NCBI GenBank assembly: GCA_945788095.1
Contig: CALZKW010000001.1
Coordinates: 1-52,191, forward strand
Direction of reading: 5' to 3'
DNA from: an uncultured Prevotellaceae bacterium
Lineage (GTDB): Bacteria; Bacteroidota; Bacteroidia; Bacteroidales; Bacteroidaceae
DNA length: 52,191 bases
Under the pieces are notes generated by a model. It saw only the letters and a list, made by a program, of their open reading frames with translations, made no database searches and was not told the origin of the DNA. Within the stretch, counting starts at the first letter, position 1; every line of letters begins with the position of its first letter. This document shows, one piece after another, positions 43,277-51,991 of the stretch. The position numbers and the translations under genes were made by a program.

Positions 43277-44677
43277 ATGACCAAACACATACTCACACTT
43301 CTCCTGCTCCTGTCGAGCCTGGGAGCAGCAGCACAGGAGAAGGTAGCAATAAACTACAAAAAACGGCTTCAGACCAACGAGGGATGGGGCGTATCGCTCT
43401 GCTGGTGGGCAGCACAGTGTGGCAAATGGCCCGAAGAACGCCTTGACTCACTCGTGGACTGGCTTGTCAGCCCCGAGGGACTAAACTACAACATATTCCG
43501 CTACAATATCGGCGGAGGAGACGACCCACAGTGGACCAACTGTTCGCCACACCACTTCGGAGCCCCCGGAGGCAAAGGCCTAAGAGCCGAGATAGAGGGC
43601 TTCCAGGACGAGCGAGGCGGCGCCTACCACTGGGAGCGCGATGAAGCTCAGCGCCGCATCATGCTGACGATAAAGAAGAAGCGCCCTGATGCTATCTTCG
43701 AAGCTTTCAGCAACAGCGCCCCGTGGTGGATGACAGTGAGTGGATGCTGCGCCGGAGCCAAGAAGGCAACCGACGACAACCTTCGCACAGACTACTACGC
43801 TGACTTCGCACACTATCTCGTGGATGTATGCAAACACTACAAGGAAGCATACGGACTCGAATTCGCCACGCTGGATCCCTTCAACGAACCCGTGACGGAC
43901 TATTGGTACCAGAACGGCGGACAAGAGGGATGCCACTTTAGCACCAAAGAGCAGATTAACTTTATCAAGGTGCTCTACCCTATCCTCAAGGAATCTGGTC
44001 TCAAGACCGTCATCTCTGCTGCCGACGAAACCAGCGTGGAACAGTCTATACGCGACATCCTGGCCTACGACAGCGCCTCTGTGCTACAGATGGTGGGGCA
44101 ATGGAACACCCATACCTACCAGGGCAATAAAGAGAACAAGAAACAGATGTATGACATTGCCAAGAAGAAGGGCATCCGCTTGTGGCAGAGCGAGACTGGC
44201 GATGGTGGAAGAGGCATCCACGGCAACCTGATGATGGCTCGCCGCCTCGTGGAGGACATCCGCTACCTGCGCCCCGTAGCCTGGCTCGACTGGCAATACG
44301 TGGAGGAAAACTACGACCAGTGGAGCCTCGTGAAGTGTGACCACGAGTGGGGCACGTATGAGCGACATGCCAACTACTACGTACGCCAACACTTCAGCCG
44401 TTTCGTACCCGCTGGCTACACCTGGGTGGAGGTCAACGACTCACTCGGCCTGGCTGCCATCAGCCCCGACAAGCAGACGTTAGTTTACGTCACCCTCAAC
44501 ACAGACCGGCATCCAAGAAAGGTTGAACTGACCACTCCCAAATCATTCTGTATCAGCGAAGCATACCGCACGTCTCGCCACGAGAACTGCACCCCCATCA
44601 CCCTTCCCCAAACTAACAAAAATGCCACCATCACTCTGCCTTCTAATAGCATTGTGACAGTGGTACTCAAGAAGTGA
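43277..44677 (+). CDS. GH30 family glycoside hydrolase
   Basis: Start taken at MTKHILTLLLLLSSLGAAAQ. QTNEGWGVSLCWWA and FNEP motifs are typical of GH30. Confidence 0.8.
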   Translation: MTKHILTLLLLLSSLGAAAQEKVAINYKKRLQTNEGWGVSLCWWAAQCGKWPEERLDSLVDWLVSPEGLNYNIFRYNIGGGDDPQWTNCSPHHFGAPGGKGLRAEIEGFQDERGGAYHWERDEAQRRIMLTIKKKRPDAIFEAFSNSAPWWMTVSGCCAGAKKATDDNLRTDYYADFAHYLVDVCKHYKEAYGLEFATLDPFNEPVTDYWYQNGGQEGCHFSTKEQINFIKVLYPILKESGLKTVISAADETSVEQSIRDILAYDSASVLQMVGQWNTHTYQGNKENKKQMYDIAKKKGIRLWQSETGDGGRGIHGNLMMARRLVEDIRYLRPVAWLDWQYVEENYDQWSLVKCDHEWGTYERHANYYVRQHFSRFVPAGYTWVEVNDSLGLAAISPDKQTLVYVTLNTDRHPRKVELTTPKSFCISEAYRTSRHENCTPITLPQTNKNATITLPSNSIVTVVLKK

Positions 44678-44708
44678 AAAGTGAAAAGTGAAAAACGAAA
44701 ACAGAAAA
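44673..44708 (+). repeat. Heptamer repeat GTGAAAA GTGAAAA GTGAAAA ACGAAAA CAGAAAA, overlapping the GH30 stop
   Basis: Period 7, read directly. A related copy lies at 52108-52130. Confidence 0.85.
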
Positions 44709-44811
44709 GTACTTCTGCCCATCAAGCAAAGCTCCTCGCTAACTCGTCGCACATGCTACCGCACAGCCCCGTTGGCTTGCAGACTCGTTGACCACAGACC
44801 GTAAACCAGCC

Positions 44812-45111
44812 TCACCCCAGCAAATGCCTGAGGGCCTCGAAGGGATGATAGAAGAGCATACGTGGGCCCGCAAAGCGCATCACGCGGCGAATACGTTCAC
44901 GCATCTCTGGCTTGTAGCAATGCACAGTGCAGCGCTCACAGGTGGTCTTGGCCTCGCCAAACTTACATCTGTCGAGACGCAGGTGGGCATAAGCCAGCAA
45001 CTCCTCACATTCACGACAAAGCGTACTGTTACCCTCCTTATGACGGCAATAGAGAGCTATCATGAGGGCGACAGTACGCTTTTCGCGTTGTATCCTTGAC
45101 TGACGAGCCAC
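44812..45111 (-). CDS. Nitrous oxide-stimulated promoter family protein (YgbA_NO-like, Cys-rich)
   Basis: IQREKRTVALMIALYCRHKEG...CRECEELLAYAHLRLDRCKFGEAKTTCERCTVHCYKPEMRE. The start is uncertain. I propose the GTG at 45111, just after the upstream stop. Alternatives are the ATG at 45063 and the ORF-track maximum at 45183. Confidence 0.6.
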   Translation of the reverse strand: MARQSRIQREKRTVALMIALYCRHKEGNSTLCRECEELLAYAHLRLDRCKFGEAKTTCERCTVHCYKPEMRERIRRVMRFAGPRMLFYHPFEALRHLLG

Positions 45112-45116
45112 AGCGC

Positions 45117-46286
45117 TTATCCTATCTTGACGAGGGTGGCACCATAGCCGTACTCCTGGAAGGAGGCATCCTGCCAGGTGCACTTCTTGTAGCGGTATTT
45201 GAGGTCCTGAAGGATGTTCTTACGCAACACTCCGTCGCCCTTGCCGTGAATGAAGACAATCTTCTGACCGGCATGCTTGATATGCTCGTCCATGACCTTA
45301 TGGAATTCCTTCATCTGACGCAGCAGAATATCTCCTGCAGAGAGTCCCGTCAGATTGTCCAGCAACTGCTCGATGTGGAGGTCCACCTCCAACACGTCAG
45401 TCTGCTTCTTCTGCAGTTTCTCCTGGCTCACACGTGCCGCTGTGACCTCACCGCGCTGCTTGGGAGTGAGAAGAGCCTCCTGAAGTTCTTCGGCATTGAC
45501 AAACACCTGACGTACAGCCTTGTCGTCGCGCACCACATCGACCAGCAGGGCAGGCTGACGGAAGAAAGGCGAAGCCTGGAAACAGTTGGCCTTGTAGAAC
45601 TTCACCTGGTCGAGACGCAGCTGTACGCTCTGGATGGGCTTGAGCTGGAAGGGCTTATCCTGCTTGTAGGCCATACACTGCACACAAAGATGCTCCAGCT
45701 CCTGTAACTCGCTGCGCTTGATGCTCTCCACATACTGCTTGGTATTGGGTTCGAGGGTGAGCTGCTGACGCACCTTCCAACTTGCCCCCTCAGCGCTGAG
45801 ATACTGAATGGTGAGGTAGTAGTTGCAATCATTGATGAGGTAAGCCTCGAAGCGCTTGTCGTTCTCCTCCAGTCCTTTCTGATCGTCGCTATCGATAAAG
45901 GCGAGATAGAGATTGATGAGGTTGGCATTAGGGCGCTCCTGAGGCTTGACCTTGAAGGTGATGGGACGGTCTGCAGGATCGTAGTCCTCGTCATCACCGA
46001 GGGGGCGCTTCTCCTCATCCTGGAATCCATACTGTGCCACAGCCTCCGCATCAGGGGTCTTGGCAGTCTTAGTGCCGGCCAGCTGCTTTGAGGGACGATT
46101 TGTCGCTCCGGTATTGACCTTGGCCATGTTGTAGTCATCGGTGTCGATGACTACAACTTCGCTCTCGAGCATGGGTATCTCAAACCCATCCTCATCCTCT
46201 ACGAGCACGATGCCCTTGGACTGGAAGCCCGAAATACGGCCTCCGCCCACCTCATTGAGGAATCTTACTTTCTGTCCTATTTCCAT
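45117..46286 (-). CDS. Smr-domain protein (DUF2027 N-terminal region)
   Basis: 389 aa. C-terminal Smr domain (LEVDLHIEQL...KIVFIHGKGDGVLRKNI). Confidence 0.8.
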   Translation of the reverse strand: MEIGQKVRFLNEVGGGRISGFQSKGIVLVEDEDGFEIPMLESEVVVIDTDDYNMAKVNTGATNRPSKQLAGTKTAKTPDAEAVAQYGFQDEEKRPLGDDEDYDPADRPITFKVKPQERPNANLINLYLAFIDSDDQKGLEENDKRFEAYLINDCNYYLTIQYLSAEGASWKVRQQLTLEPNTKQYVESIKRSELQELEHLCVQCMAYKQDKPFQLKPIQSVQLRLDQVKFYKANCFQASPFFRQPALLVDVVRDDKAVRQVFVNAEELQEALLTPKQRGEVTAARVSQEKLQKKQTDVLEVDLHIEQLLDNLTGLSAGDILLRQMKEFHKVMDEHIKHAGQKIVFIHGKGDGVLRKNILQDLKYRYKKCTWQDASFQEYGYGATLVKIG

Positions 46287-46298
46287 ATCTGATATCAG

Positions 46299-47180
46299 TT
46301 AGTTTTTCATTCTCCACATGCCCACTATCAGTATCACGGCACCAGCCACAGCCATCAGGGTAATGCGCTCATGGAGCACAATAGTAGCCACAGCCATGGT
46401 GACGAGTGTCTGCGAGTAGATATAATTGGTAGCCGTGACGGCTCCGATGCGCGCCATGACCCAGTTCCAGACGAGATAACAACCGAGTGATGCCACAAAA
46501 CCCAAGAAGAGCAGGTTGCCCGCCACAACGGGGGTGGAGAGCAACTGCCACGAACTCTGGAGCGGACTTACCCAGATGAAGTATGGGAGTATGGTGAGGA
46601 GTCCGTAGCCAAAGACCTTGCGTGTGATGAAATCCACAGAGTAGCGTCCCATGACACGCTTCATACAGAGCGAATAGAGGGCCCATGTGAGGGAGGCTCC
46701 CAGCGCGAGTGCATCACCAAGAGGATTGAGGTGGAGCACGAGTTGTCCGTTAAGTATCACGAGCACCATACCCACGAATGCCACGAGCGAACCGCAGACC
46801 TGGCGGAGCGTCATACGCTCACTCTTGTAGAAGAGGGCAAGTATCAAAGCTGTTAGCAAGGGGGTAGTACCCACCAAAATGCCCACATTGCTGGCCGTAG
46901 AGTACTTCAGAGCCATATTTTCGCTCAAGAAATAGAGCGACCCGCCCATCATACCAAGACACAAAAGTGTTAGTTCGTCTAACAGATTTGATGCAAACAA
47001 ACGCTTGTGGCTAACAAAAATGATACACACATAGGCCATCAGAAAACGAAAGAAGAAGATGCTGGCGGGCTCCATTCCATGAGTGATGAGAACCTTGCTA
47101 CACACGAATGTGGTGCCCCAAACGGCCACCACCAAGACTGCCACGATGTGGGCAAATATCGTTCCCTTGAAGTCTTTCAT
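46299..47180 (-). CDS. EamA/DMT family transporter
   Basis: Start taken at MKDFKGTIFAHIVAVLVVAVWGTTFV (cat at 47178-47180). Ten predicted TM segments in two EamA halves. Confidence 0.85.
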   Translation of the reverse strand: MKDFKGTIFAHIVAVLVVAVWGTTFVCSKVLITHGMEPASIFFFRFLMAYVCIIFVSHKRLFASNLLDELTLLCLGMMGGSLYFLSENMALKYSTASNVGILVGTTPLLTALILALFYKSERMTLRQVCGSLVAFVGMVLVILNGQLVLHLNPLGDALALGASLTWALYSLCMKRVMGRYSVDFITRKVFGYGLLTILPYFIWVSPLQSSWQLLSTPVVAGNLLFLGFVASLGCYLVWNWVMARIGAVTATNYIYSQTLVTMAVATIVLHERITLMAVAGAVILIVGMWRMKN

Positions 47181-47206
47181 CCTTGTACGTTTGCGTTTTC
47201 GGAATG

Positions 47207-47214
47207 CAAAGATA
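47207..47214 (-). promoter_or_regulatory. Candidate -7 box (TATCTTTG) for the EamA gene
   Basis: The reverse complement of caaagata, 26 nt upstream of the ATG at 47180. Confidence 0.45.
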
Positions 47215-47365
47215 CGAACAAAAAATAATTGGCACAAGTTCGGGCATGAATTACACACCTCCGAGGCGGGAATGTCCCCTCGGGACGAAGTAGATATAAC
47301 AGCAGAGAACAGACAAGGCGACATATCGCCTTGCACAATGGCCCTTTGGGGCATGCAGGGCCTCA

Positions 47366-47416
47366 AAAAGGGAAAAGCACATAGCCTCGGTGTTGTCCGG
47401 GCCATGTGCCTTTTTA
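47366..47416 (-). terminator. Intrinsic (bidirectional-looking) terminator downstream of ddh
   Basis: Minus strand reads AAAAAGGCACATGGCC-cggacaacaccga-GGCTATGTGC-TTTTCCCTTTTT. The stem is 10 bp with one G-U pair. Confidence 0.8.
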
Positions 47417-47436
47417 TCACAGATTAATGATGGAAA

Positions 47437-48336
47437 TTATACCAGGTGAGCGATGAGGTCCTCACGATTGCCGGGAAGCATATCGATGACGGGAATCTCA
47501 ATCATGGTGTAGCATCCAGGCTGCTGGAGCATGCTGGCGCGTGCCACATTGATGAGTACCTGAGCGGTGAGGGCAGGGTTGTTGATCTTCATATTAAACT
47601 CAAAGAGCTGGTTGTGAGTCTTGCCGCTCACGCCCTTGCGGGTGAGGTTGACACCATGGCCTACATCATTGAGTGCATCCACGCTCTCCACCTGGAATAC
47701 ATGGGTCTCATCGCTGGCGAAATAGGGATCAGCCTTGATGGCCTTGGTAACCTGCTCGAGGTCAGCCCCCTCCTCCAATTCTACGTATACCATACGACGG
47801 TGGATACCTTCGCCCACGGGGATGGTCATCGAGAGTGCATCCTTGACGCCCTCCTTGCCACGCACGCAGACGCTGTGTCCCATGCTGCGTCCAGGACCAA
47901 AGTTGGTGTACGAGAGGCCCTTGGGAGCAAGGCTCTGCATGAGTGTGCGCACGATAGAGTCTGATCCTGGATCCCATCCTGCTGAGATGACAGCCACGGT
48001 GCCATGCTCCTTGGCCACTTCCATGAGAGATGCGCGGTAGGGCACGATAGAGGAGTGGATGTCGTATGAGTCTACGGTGTTGATACCCATGGCCAGAATC
48101 TTCTTGGCATATTCCTCACAGCTGCGGGTGGGGGTGGCAAGGATAGCCACGTCGACGTCCTTGAGCTCAGCGATGTCCTTCACCACCTCATAGGGGGCCA
48201 GTTCTGCGGGCTTGTTTTCTGCACCATTGCGGCGCACTACGCCTGCAATCTCAAAATCCTCACTTGCCTCGAGTGCCTCGATGGCGTACTTACCGATGTT
48301 GCCATAGCCTACTACGGCTGCTCTAATCTTCTTCAT
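47437..48336 (-). CDS. ddh: meso-Diaminopimelate D-dehydrogenase
   Basis: 299 aa. MKKIRAAVVGYGNIGK Rossmann start and GWDPGSDS motif. Confidence 0.9.
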   Translation of the reverse strand: MKKIRAAVVGYGNIGKYAIEALEASEDFEIAGVVRRNGAENKPAELAPYEVVKDIAELKDVDVAILATPTRSCEEYAKKILAMGINTVDSYDIHSSIVPYRASLMEVAKEHGTVAVISAGWDPGSDSIVRTLMQSLAPKGLSYTNFGPGRSMGHSVCVRGKEGVKDALSMTIPVGEGIHRRMVYVELEEGADLEQVTKAIKADPYFASDETHVFQVESVDALNDVGHGVNLTRKGVSGKTHNQLFEFNMKINNPALTAQVLINVARASMLQQPGCYTMIEIPVIDMLPGNREDLIAHLV

Positions 48337-48430
48337 ATATATATTAGGTGTTTTGTTGTGTTGTTTCCACTAAGTAAGCAAGAATGATAAGAAAATTAAC
48401 ATTTTGTCACACTTAACCTTTTCCAACTTG

Positions 48431-48438
48431 CAAAGTTA
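48431..48438 (-). promoter_or_regulatory. Candidate -7 box (TAACTTTG) for ddh
   Basis: The reverse complement of caaagtta, 94 nt upstream of the ATG at 48336. Confidence 0.4.
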
Positions 48439-48735
48439 TAATATTTAGAGCGGCCCTCAAAACAAATTGGCAGAAATATCGCTACACGGGGGTAAAAAAA
48501 ACGAGCGAACCGCTGTTGCATGCAGTCCGCTCGCTATCCAAGTTTCATACGACTCCTTATCTTTAATAGTGCTGCAAATATACGCCTTTAGATGTGGCGA
48601 GGCGAAAAATCATGACCAATTTGGACTAACAAAAGATACACCCCGACTAACATATCGTACAGCCATTTATATATCAGCAGGTTACAAAACTCCGTTTTTT
48701 TGCTTGCAATCTGTTTGAGTTATCCATATTATTTG

Positions 48736-48743
48736 TATTTTTG
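48736..48743 (+). promoter_or_regulatory. Candidate -7 box (TATTTTTG) for the AraC-family gene
   Basis: Matches TAnnTTTG, 23 nt upstream of the ATG at 48767. Confidence 0.45.
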
Positions 48744-48766
48744 CATTCGCTAACACTAAACCAAAG

Positions 48767-49834
48767 ATGATAAGGACCCTATTTAGCTTCCTTCCGTGTG
48801 CCGTCAGCCTTGGCTGGTTTGTCGTTTTTGCCCTCACTTTCCGCCGAAACGACAAGGCCAAGCGTGTGCTCACCATCTTTCTGGCAGCCTGTGCCATTCT
48901 CTATGGCTGCCACTACATCTACTTCACTCAGGGCAGCCTCTCCCACCCCCTCGAATGTCTGTGGACACTTATGTCGCTGCTCTCCTATCCCCTCTTCTTC
49001 ATCTATCTGTGTCTGCTCACAGCGAGCCGTGTACACCGCGGTGTGCTTTGGGGCATTCTGCTACCCAGCATTCTGGTGGCAGGCATCAAGTATATGGCCC
49101 CCTCGGCCGAGATAGACACGCTGCAGAAGATACTCTTTGCCTCGCAAGTCATCGGTGTGCTCCATTTCGGCAACCGTCGTTTGGAGGCCTTCGACCGCGA
49201 ATTGCACGAGTTTTATGCCGACACCGAGGGCCGCTCCACCGCCCCCATTCGCTATCTGCTTCTCGCCCTGGTGTGCTCCGCATTTGCCTCCACCATCATC
49301 AATCTGCTGGGCCGCCCCTACTTCGAGCGCTCCACATGGATCCTCGCCGTTCCCTCTGTCATCTTCAGCAGCCTCATCTTTGCTGCCAGCCTCATAGGCT
49401 ACAGGCGCCACTTCTCTGTGGAGCAATACCACATCGACACCCAAGACATCCCCGCCACCACCCCTGAACCCAGCGAGGAGTGCGACGAGGAGTGTGTCAT
49501 CACGCAGCTCATCGAGGAGCGCCAACTCTATCTCAACAAGGACTTCACGCTCAGCGACGTGGTGCGCCTCACGGGGTATAGCCGTACCTTTGTGTCCAAC
49601 TACATCAATGCGCAGACCCACCAGTCATTCTCTGACTACATCAATCACCTGCGCATCGAGCATGCCAAGCAACTGATGATGCAAAACCAGAACGAGAAGC
49701 TCCAGGCCATAGCCCTGCGAGCCGGTTTCTCCACCGAACAGACCTTCTACCGTAACTTCCGTAAGTTTAACGGCAAGACTCCTGCAGCCTGGCTGCAGCA
49801 AGGGAGAACTACGAATGACAACAATGGCCTATGA
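48767..49834 (+). CDS. Membrane-anchored AraC-family transcriptional regulator
   Basis: 355 aa. The N-terminal half has about 5-6 hydrophobic helices. C-terminal HTH_18 (LSDVVRLTGYSRTFVSNYI...IALRAGFSTEQTFYRNFRKFNGKTP). Confidence 0.85.
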   Translation: MIRTLFSFLPCAVSLGWFVVFALTFRRNDKAKRVLTIFLAACAILYGCHYIYFTQGSLSHPLECLWTLMSLLSYPLFFIYLCLLTASRVHRGVLWGILLPSILVAGIKYMAPSAEIDTLQKILFASQVIGVLHFGNRRLEAFDRELHEFYADTEGRSTAPIRYLLLALVCSAFASTIINLLGRPYFERSTWILAVPSVIFSSLIFAASLIGYRRHFSVEQYHIDTQDIPATTPEPSEECDEECVITQLIEERQLYLNKDFTLSDVVRLTGYSRTFVSNYINAQTHQSFSDYINHLRIEHAKQLMMQNQNEKLQAIALRAGFSTEQTFYRNFRKFNGKTPAAWLQQGRTTNDNNGL

Positions 49835-49966
49835 GGCATTCATAACCAACGGTCAGGCAGGGAGCCGTCTTCCTATGACCACAACGAATGGCTGACTGCG
49901 GCCCAACCCAGGGATTGGGCCATCGAAATACACTTGGATATATCGCAGAGAGCAAAACAGGGCTAA

Positions 49967-50170
49967 ATGAAAGGCAAGAAGGACAAAAACGAACAGGTGA
50001 CCACCCCCACAGAGCTCCCCGCAGCCATTCCCACATCTACCACTCCCGAAACAGAGACTAAAGAGAGCGCCCCCACGGTCAGCACATCTACCGACTTCAA
50101 GCGCGGAGCCAAGGTGATCTTCCAGGATGACGTGGTGCCCCGCCCATTTCAGACTACGGACTACGGATGA
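49967..50170 (+). CDS. Small hypothetical protein (67 aa, T/P/E-rich)
   Basis: Codon usage is GC3-biased like neighbouring genes. I recognised no homology. The 3' end runs into the GACTACG heptamers. Confidence 0.35.
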   Translation: MKGKKDKNEQVTTPTELPAAIPTSTTPETETKESAPTVSTSTDFKRGAKVIFQDDVVPRPFQTTDYG

Positions 50171-50249
50171 CAGACTACGGCTGTTGTTCGTAGTCCGTAG
50201 ATTATTTATTGTTGACCATTGACTGTTGACCTTCGACTTTTGACCAATT
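50152..50249 (+). repeat. Heptamer repeats GACTACG x3 plus hairpin, then TTGACNN x5
   Basis: GACTACG GACTACG GATGACA GACTACG. Hairpin GACTACG-gctgttgtt-CGTAGTC. Then TTGACCA TTGACTG TTGACCT TCGACTT TTGACCA. Confidence 0.85.
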
Positions 50250-50329
50250 ATGGTACATTTGTGTACCGCGCTTTGTCATTAGACAGAATATGCTTACCTT
50301 TGCTGCATAACAATAACACATGCAAGACT

Positions 50330-50704
50330 ATGAACACACTCACCATTAGTACATACAAGAGCGACAACATCACCCCATCAGGCGAGACCATCATCATCAG
50401 CGAGAAGGAAATAGGCAAATGCCGCGGATGCCTGCGCTGCCGCATACTCAAGCAATGCATCAGCTACAAGGACGATGCACAGGAGTGCATACCCCTGCTA
50501 CTCGCTGCCGACCACCTCGACATCTACCTCCAGCCCGCCAGCACCATACAGCTCCTCATGGACCGCGTGCTCTATGCCCTGGCCGGACAGGGAGAGGGCA
50601 AGACCTTCACCTTCCACATCGAGGACGGCACCGAGGCCGAATACCTCCGCAACCTCCTGACATGGTGTAAATACAAGGAGACTCTCCCCCCGCCCTCCCT
50701 ATAG
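50330..50704 (+). CDS. Flavodoxin-like / iron-sulfur flavoprotein-like protein, possibly truncated
   Basis: 124 aa from MNTLTISTYK. The C-x2-C-x2-C...C...DD pattern (GKCRGCLRCRILKQCISYKDD) and AADHLDIY resemble NADPH-dependent FMN reductase-type proteins. It is shorter than the typical length, and the last 9 codons lie in dispersed element E. Confidence 0.5.
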   Translation: MNTLTISTYKSDNITPSGETIIISEKEIGKCRGCLRCRILKQCISYKDDAQECIPLLLAADHLDIYLQPASTIQLLMDRVLYALAGQGEGKTFTFHIEDGTEAEYLRNLLTWCKYKETLPPPSL

Positions 50705-50718
50705 GAGGTGGCCTCGCT

Positions 50719-50841
50719 TAAGGGCTATAATAAGGTAATAAGAGGGAGCTAAAGGGCTATAAAAGGACGTCACCTCTGTGAACATCAGCAAGACATTCGT
50801 CCCTTTCAAGCCCTTTAACTCCCCTATTATACCCCTAAAGG
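50719..50841. repeat. Imperfect inverted repeat of about 123 bp (arms about 45 bp) upstream of dus
   Basis: Left arm TTAAGGGCTATAATAAGG...GGGAGCTAAAGGGCTATAAAAGGACG. Right arm CGTCCCTTTCAAGCCCTTTAACTCCCCTATTATACCCCTAAAGG. Confidence 0.75.
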
Positions 50842-50870
50842 CACTTACAAGAAAACCTAAAACCTCAAAC

Positions 50871-51791
50871 ATGAACATCCATTTTGCCCCGCTTCAGGGG
50901 TATACCGAAGACTGCTACCGACGTCTGCACCACGCCTTGTGCGAGGGTGTAGACGTTTATTATACCCCCTTCATGCGTCTTGAGCATGGCGAGGTACGCT
51001 CCAAGGACCTGCGCGATGTGCAGCCCGAGCGCAACCAGGGCATCCCCCTTGTGCCTCAGGTCATCGTGCGTGATGCAGACGAGCTCCAGCGACTCATCGA
51101 TGTGCTACGACCTATGGACTACCAGCGCGTGGACATCAACATGGGTTGTCCATTCCCCCTCCAGACACGCCACGGACGCGGCGCGGGCCTACTCCCCCAC
51201 CCCGACCAGGTGGAGCGCATCTGCAGCCTCATCCGCCAGAGTGCAGACATACAGTTCTCCATCAAGATGCGCCTCGGCCTTACCTCGCCCGATGAGTGGC
51301 AGACCCTCATGCCCATCCTGGCCGACACACCCCTCACCCACATCACCCTCCATCCCCGCACCGGGGCTCAGGGCTACAAGGGCGAGGTCCTCATGGAGGC
51401 CTTCGAGGCATTTGTCCACGTATGTCCCCACCCCCTGGTCTACAATGGCGACCTCACCACCCTGGCCGACATCAGACGCATTGAGCAGCGCTTCCCCACC
51501 CTCAGCGGCATCATGCTGGGGCGCGGACTGCTGGCCCGTCCCACTCTGGCCGAGGAGTATAAGAGGGGCGAGGCGATGACCGACACCGATGTCATCCAGC
51601 GCATCAAGGCCCTCCACGACGGACTGCTGGCCGACTATCGCCGCATCATCCCCTCCGAGGCTCAACAGTTGCAAAAGGTGCGCACCTTCTGGGACTACAT
51701 GGAGCCCACCCTGGGCCGCAAGGCCTGGAAGAAGATCCACAAGGCCGGCTCCATGCGCAACTACCTGGCTGCTGTCGACGAACTGGGGTAA
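50871..51791 (+). CDS. dus: tRNA-dihydrouridine synthase family protein
   Basis: Start taken at MNIHFAPLQGYTE. Contains DINMGCP, and HPRT followed by GAQGYKG. Confidence 0.88.
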   Translation: MNIHFAPLQGYTEDCYRRLHHALCEGVDVYYTPFMRLEHGEVRSKDLRDVQPERNQGIPLVPQVIVRDADELQRLIDVLRPMDYQRVDINMGCPFPLQTRHGRGAGLLPHPDQVERICSLIRQSADIQFSIKMRLGLTSPDEWQTLMPILADTPLTHITLHPRTGAQGYKGEVLMEAFEAFVHVCPHPLVYNGDLTTLADIRRIEQRFPTLSGIMLGRGLLARPTLAEEYKRGEAMTDTDVIQRIKALHDGLLADYRRIIPSEAQQLQKVRTFWDYMEPTLGRKAWKKIHKAGSMRNYLAAVDELG

Positions 51792-51842
51792 TTGATCCCC
51801 AATTTCTCGCGTATCTTTACAAATCAGCCAATATACAACCTG

Positions 51843-51893
51843 AAGTCAATCCGAAGTCAATCCGCAATCATCCCGAAGGATCTCCGTAGGATG
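51843..51893 (+). repeat. 11-bp tandem repeat GAAGTCAATCC GAAGTCAATCC GCAATCATCCC GAAGGATCTCC GTAGGATGAGT
   Basis: Period 11. It shares GTCAATCCGAAGGATCTCCGTAGRAT with 4455-4483. Confidence 0.85.
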
Positions 51894-51991
51894 AGTACGG
51901 AAGTAATTTCTTGACACCCCCCCTGACACAGGAGGGCATCAGCGCCGGGCGCTAAATGGCCGCTAAGGGAGGGTATACCTGTCCCCGCAAA

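Noticed and set aside
47377-47409. A fourth copy of the CACATAGCACGCCC motif (GCACATAGCC at 47377)
   Set aside because: Only the first 9-10 nt match. Here the sequence is simply the left arm of the ddh terminator stem.
49900-49921. Terminator after the AraC-family gene (GGCCCAA...TTGGGCC)
   Set aside because: It is a 7-bp stem with almost no loop once the inner bases pair, and no T-tract follows. That is too weak to call.
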